The notes below the pieces were generated by a model. It worked only from the letters and a program-made list of their open reading frames with translations. It had not been told where the DNA came from and did no database searches. Source: Chrysomallon squamiferum (taxonomy: Eukaryota > Animalia > Mollusca). From it: a DNA stretch of 64,000 nt. The stretch spans positions 30,132,001 to 30,196,000 of the forward strand of contig CM022679.1 of the NCBI GenBank assembly GCA_012295275.1, given 5' to 3'. Position 1 is the stretch's first letter, and each line of letters starts with the position of its first letter. The position numbers were made by a program, and so were the translations under genes. This document shows positions 62,287-64,000 of this stretch, one piece after another.

Positions 62287-64000
62287 TGTGCCCAGTCGGA
62301 GAAGTTCTGCCAGATACTTAGTATTAAAAATTAACGATAAAAAAGAAGAAATTACGAAGTAACCCAACAAAGAAGAAATTGAATAATATTTGTGTAATTT
62401 TTGTTGATGTTTTACATTTCCTGTTTTTTTTTTTTTTTTTATTATTATTATTAATATATATTTTTTATTATTATTACTATTATGATTATTTTTGAACAAT
62501 TTAATAAATTTTCACAGCATTCCTGAACAAAACAGTATTATGCATGAACAGCTAAAGTGATTTGGAAATATTTCATGCCTAATCAACAGTATTTCATCCA
62601 AGTCATTTAGTTGTAGTTGTTGCCTCGGATACATTTATATGTCTTTGAATTTTTTTTTTAACAACAATATTATTATTATTATTTCTATTTAGCCTTTATC
62701 TTATATAAACTGGGTTTGTTGCACATTCTTACAATACTAACAAACGATCTACACAGCCATGTGCCAAGTGAAAAAGTTTTTAACACATGAAAACATATAT
62801 ATATATATATATATTTATTTTTTAAAAACTATTTTCATTTACGAAGATCGTTTTATGAGTATTTTTTATTCAGCTAAAGTAGTGATACATTTTGAAAAAT
62901 ATTTCCACCATGTATTTGATATACTGAAATATTTTTATGCTAGTTTTAGATAAATATTTTACTGTTTACTTGAAGAAAAGTGTCAGTTTTCTTTTTTTCT
63001 ACAATAGAATATATATATACCTTTTTTTTTTTTTTTTTTTTACTAGCTCTGTAAATTAGAGTGACCTTCTACATTAGTTTGTTGTTGTTGTTTTTATTAA
63101 AATTAATATAGCCGCAGAATAATTTCGTTTTCGTTTTGTTGATGTACATAAAATATTTATTAATATTATATATATATATATATACTGGCTTGTATATTTG
63201 AGCTCACAAACGATCTGTGATAATTTCTTTTGTTTTATATGCTGTCCTGCACCTTCCTCTAGCAGTTTTCTTCTTTTTGTACGAGTGTCAATAGTTTTAG
63301 CGTGTGCTCACCTCTCTACTACAATCCTTCACCATTTTGCACTAAATTTCACATTCTTTATTTTACGAGACCATCTTGCAATAAAACATTTAAATGCAGA
63401 TATTAAAGTCTTTGTTTTAATTTTGTTTTTCAATACGTATGTGTGTGTGTTTTTATGTTTTGTGTGTGTGTCTAATATAGACACACATAGTGACGTTGGC
63501 TGAGAAAATATAAAGCTAACATTTATTAGGGTGTTTTATTATATTATATATATTCATACATCCATCCATTCATCAAACCATATATATGTATATACATATA
63601 CACACCAAAATCAAAATCAAAATAACGCGACACCTATAAGTGAGATTGTTTGAGGGGGTGTGTGTTTGTGTTTGTGTGCGTGCATGTGTGTGTGTGTGTG
63701 TTTCTATAAGCCAAGCTGGTCAGTTGCCCTAGATCAACTAAAGGCCTAAAGGCTCATGCAATCATCCCCGCATGCTATAACTTGGTGTCAATGTATGTTT
63801 CGTGCTTATGTATGTACAGACCACAGTGGTAGGCTGTAAAATGACCCTGCTACGTGAATTCACAATCTTTGTTCTTACTGCAGCAATAAGAACTACTTGC
63901 TGAATTACACCTGCGAGAACTACGTCAGTTCGTGTCTCACAAACATACACTTTAAATACAACGCCGTTCAATTCATCGAGCTATGATATTCGAGCGCTGT

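Noticed and set aside
63190-64000. Coding-like stretches at the window end (63198-63503, 63762-63971)
   Set aside because: Interrupted by stops in plausible frames with no recognisable family; cannot be resolved at the window edge.

Overview
AT-rich, microsatellite-dense animal genomic DNA. It is most likely a mollusc/gastropod, inferred from gene content, intron style and repeats, and it probably comes from a long-read assembly with homopolymer errors. Six multi-exon genes were reconstructed by hand from GT-AG junctions and reading phase: an annexin A7/A11-like gene (-, 374-11052), a 172-aa death-domain protein with a RHIM-like N-terminal motif (-, 14573-16405) lying head-to-head with ICT1/MRPL58 (+, 17252-19804), a TSSK-family kinase (+, 20922-25486, two A6 frameshifts), NUBP1 (-, 27715-48902) and a TEKT3/5-like tektin (+, 53547-62286). 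NUBP1 intron 3 holds a Sola2-type DNA transposon with ~630-bp TIRs and a TTAT TSD. Four observations stand out. (1) Both the annexin (114 nt x2, 42-nt spacer) and the tektin (144 nt x2) carry tandem-duplicated, apparently mutually exclusive exons. (2) The death-domain protein has an IMD/RIP-like RHIM plus death-domain architecture with no kinase domain. (3) A YCAY/poly-C minisatellite sits just upstream of the annexin exon pair. (4) Several candidate RFX-driven tektin first exons occur, some antisense inside NUBP1. No computation or database search was run; all calls come from manual reading.
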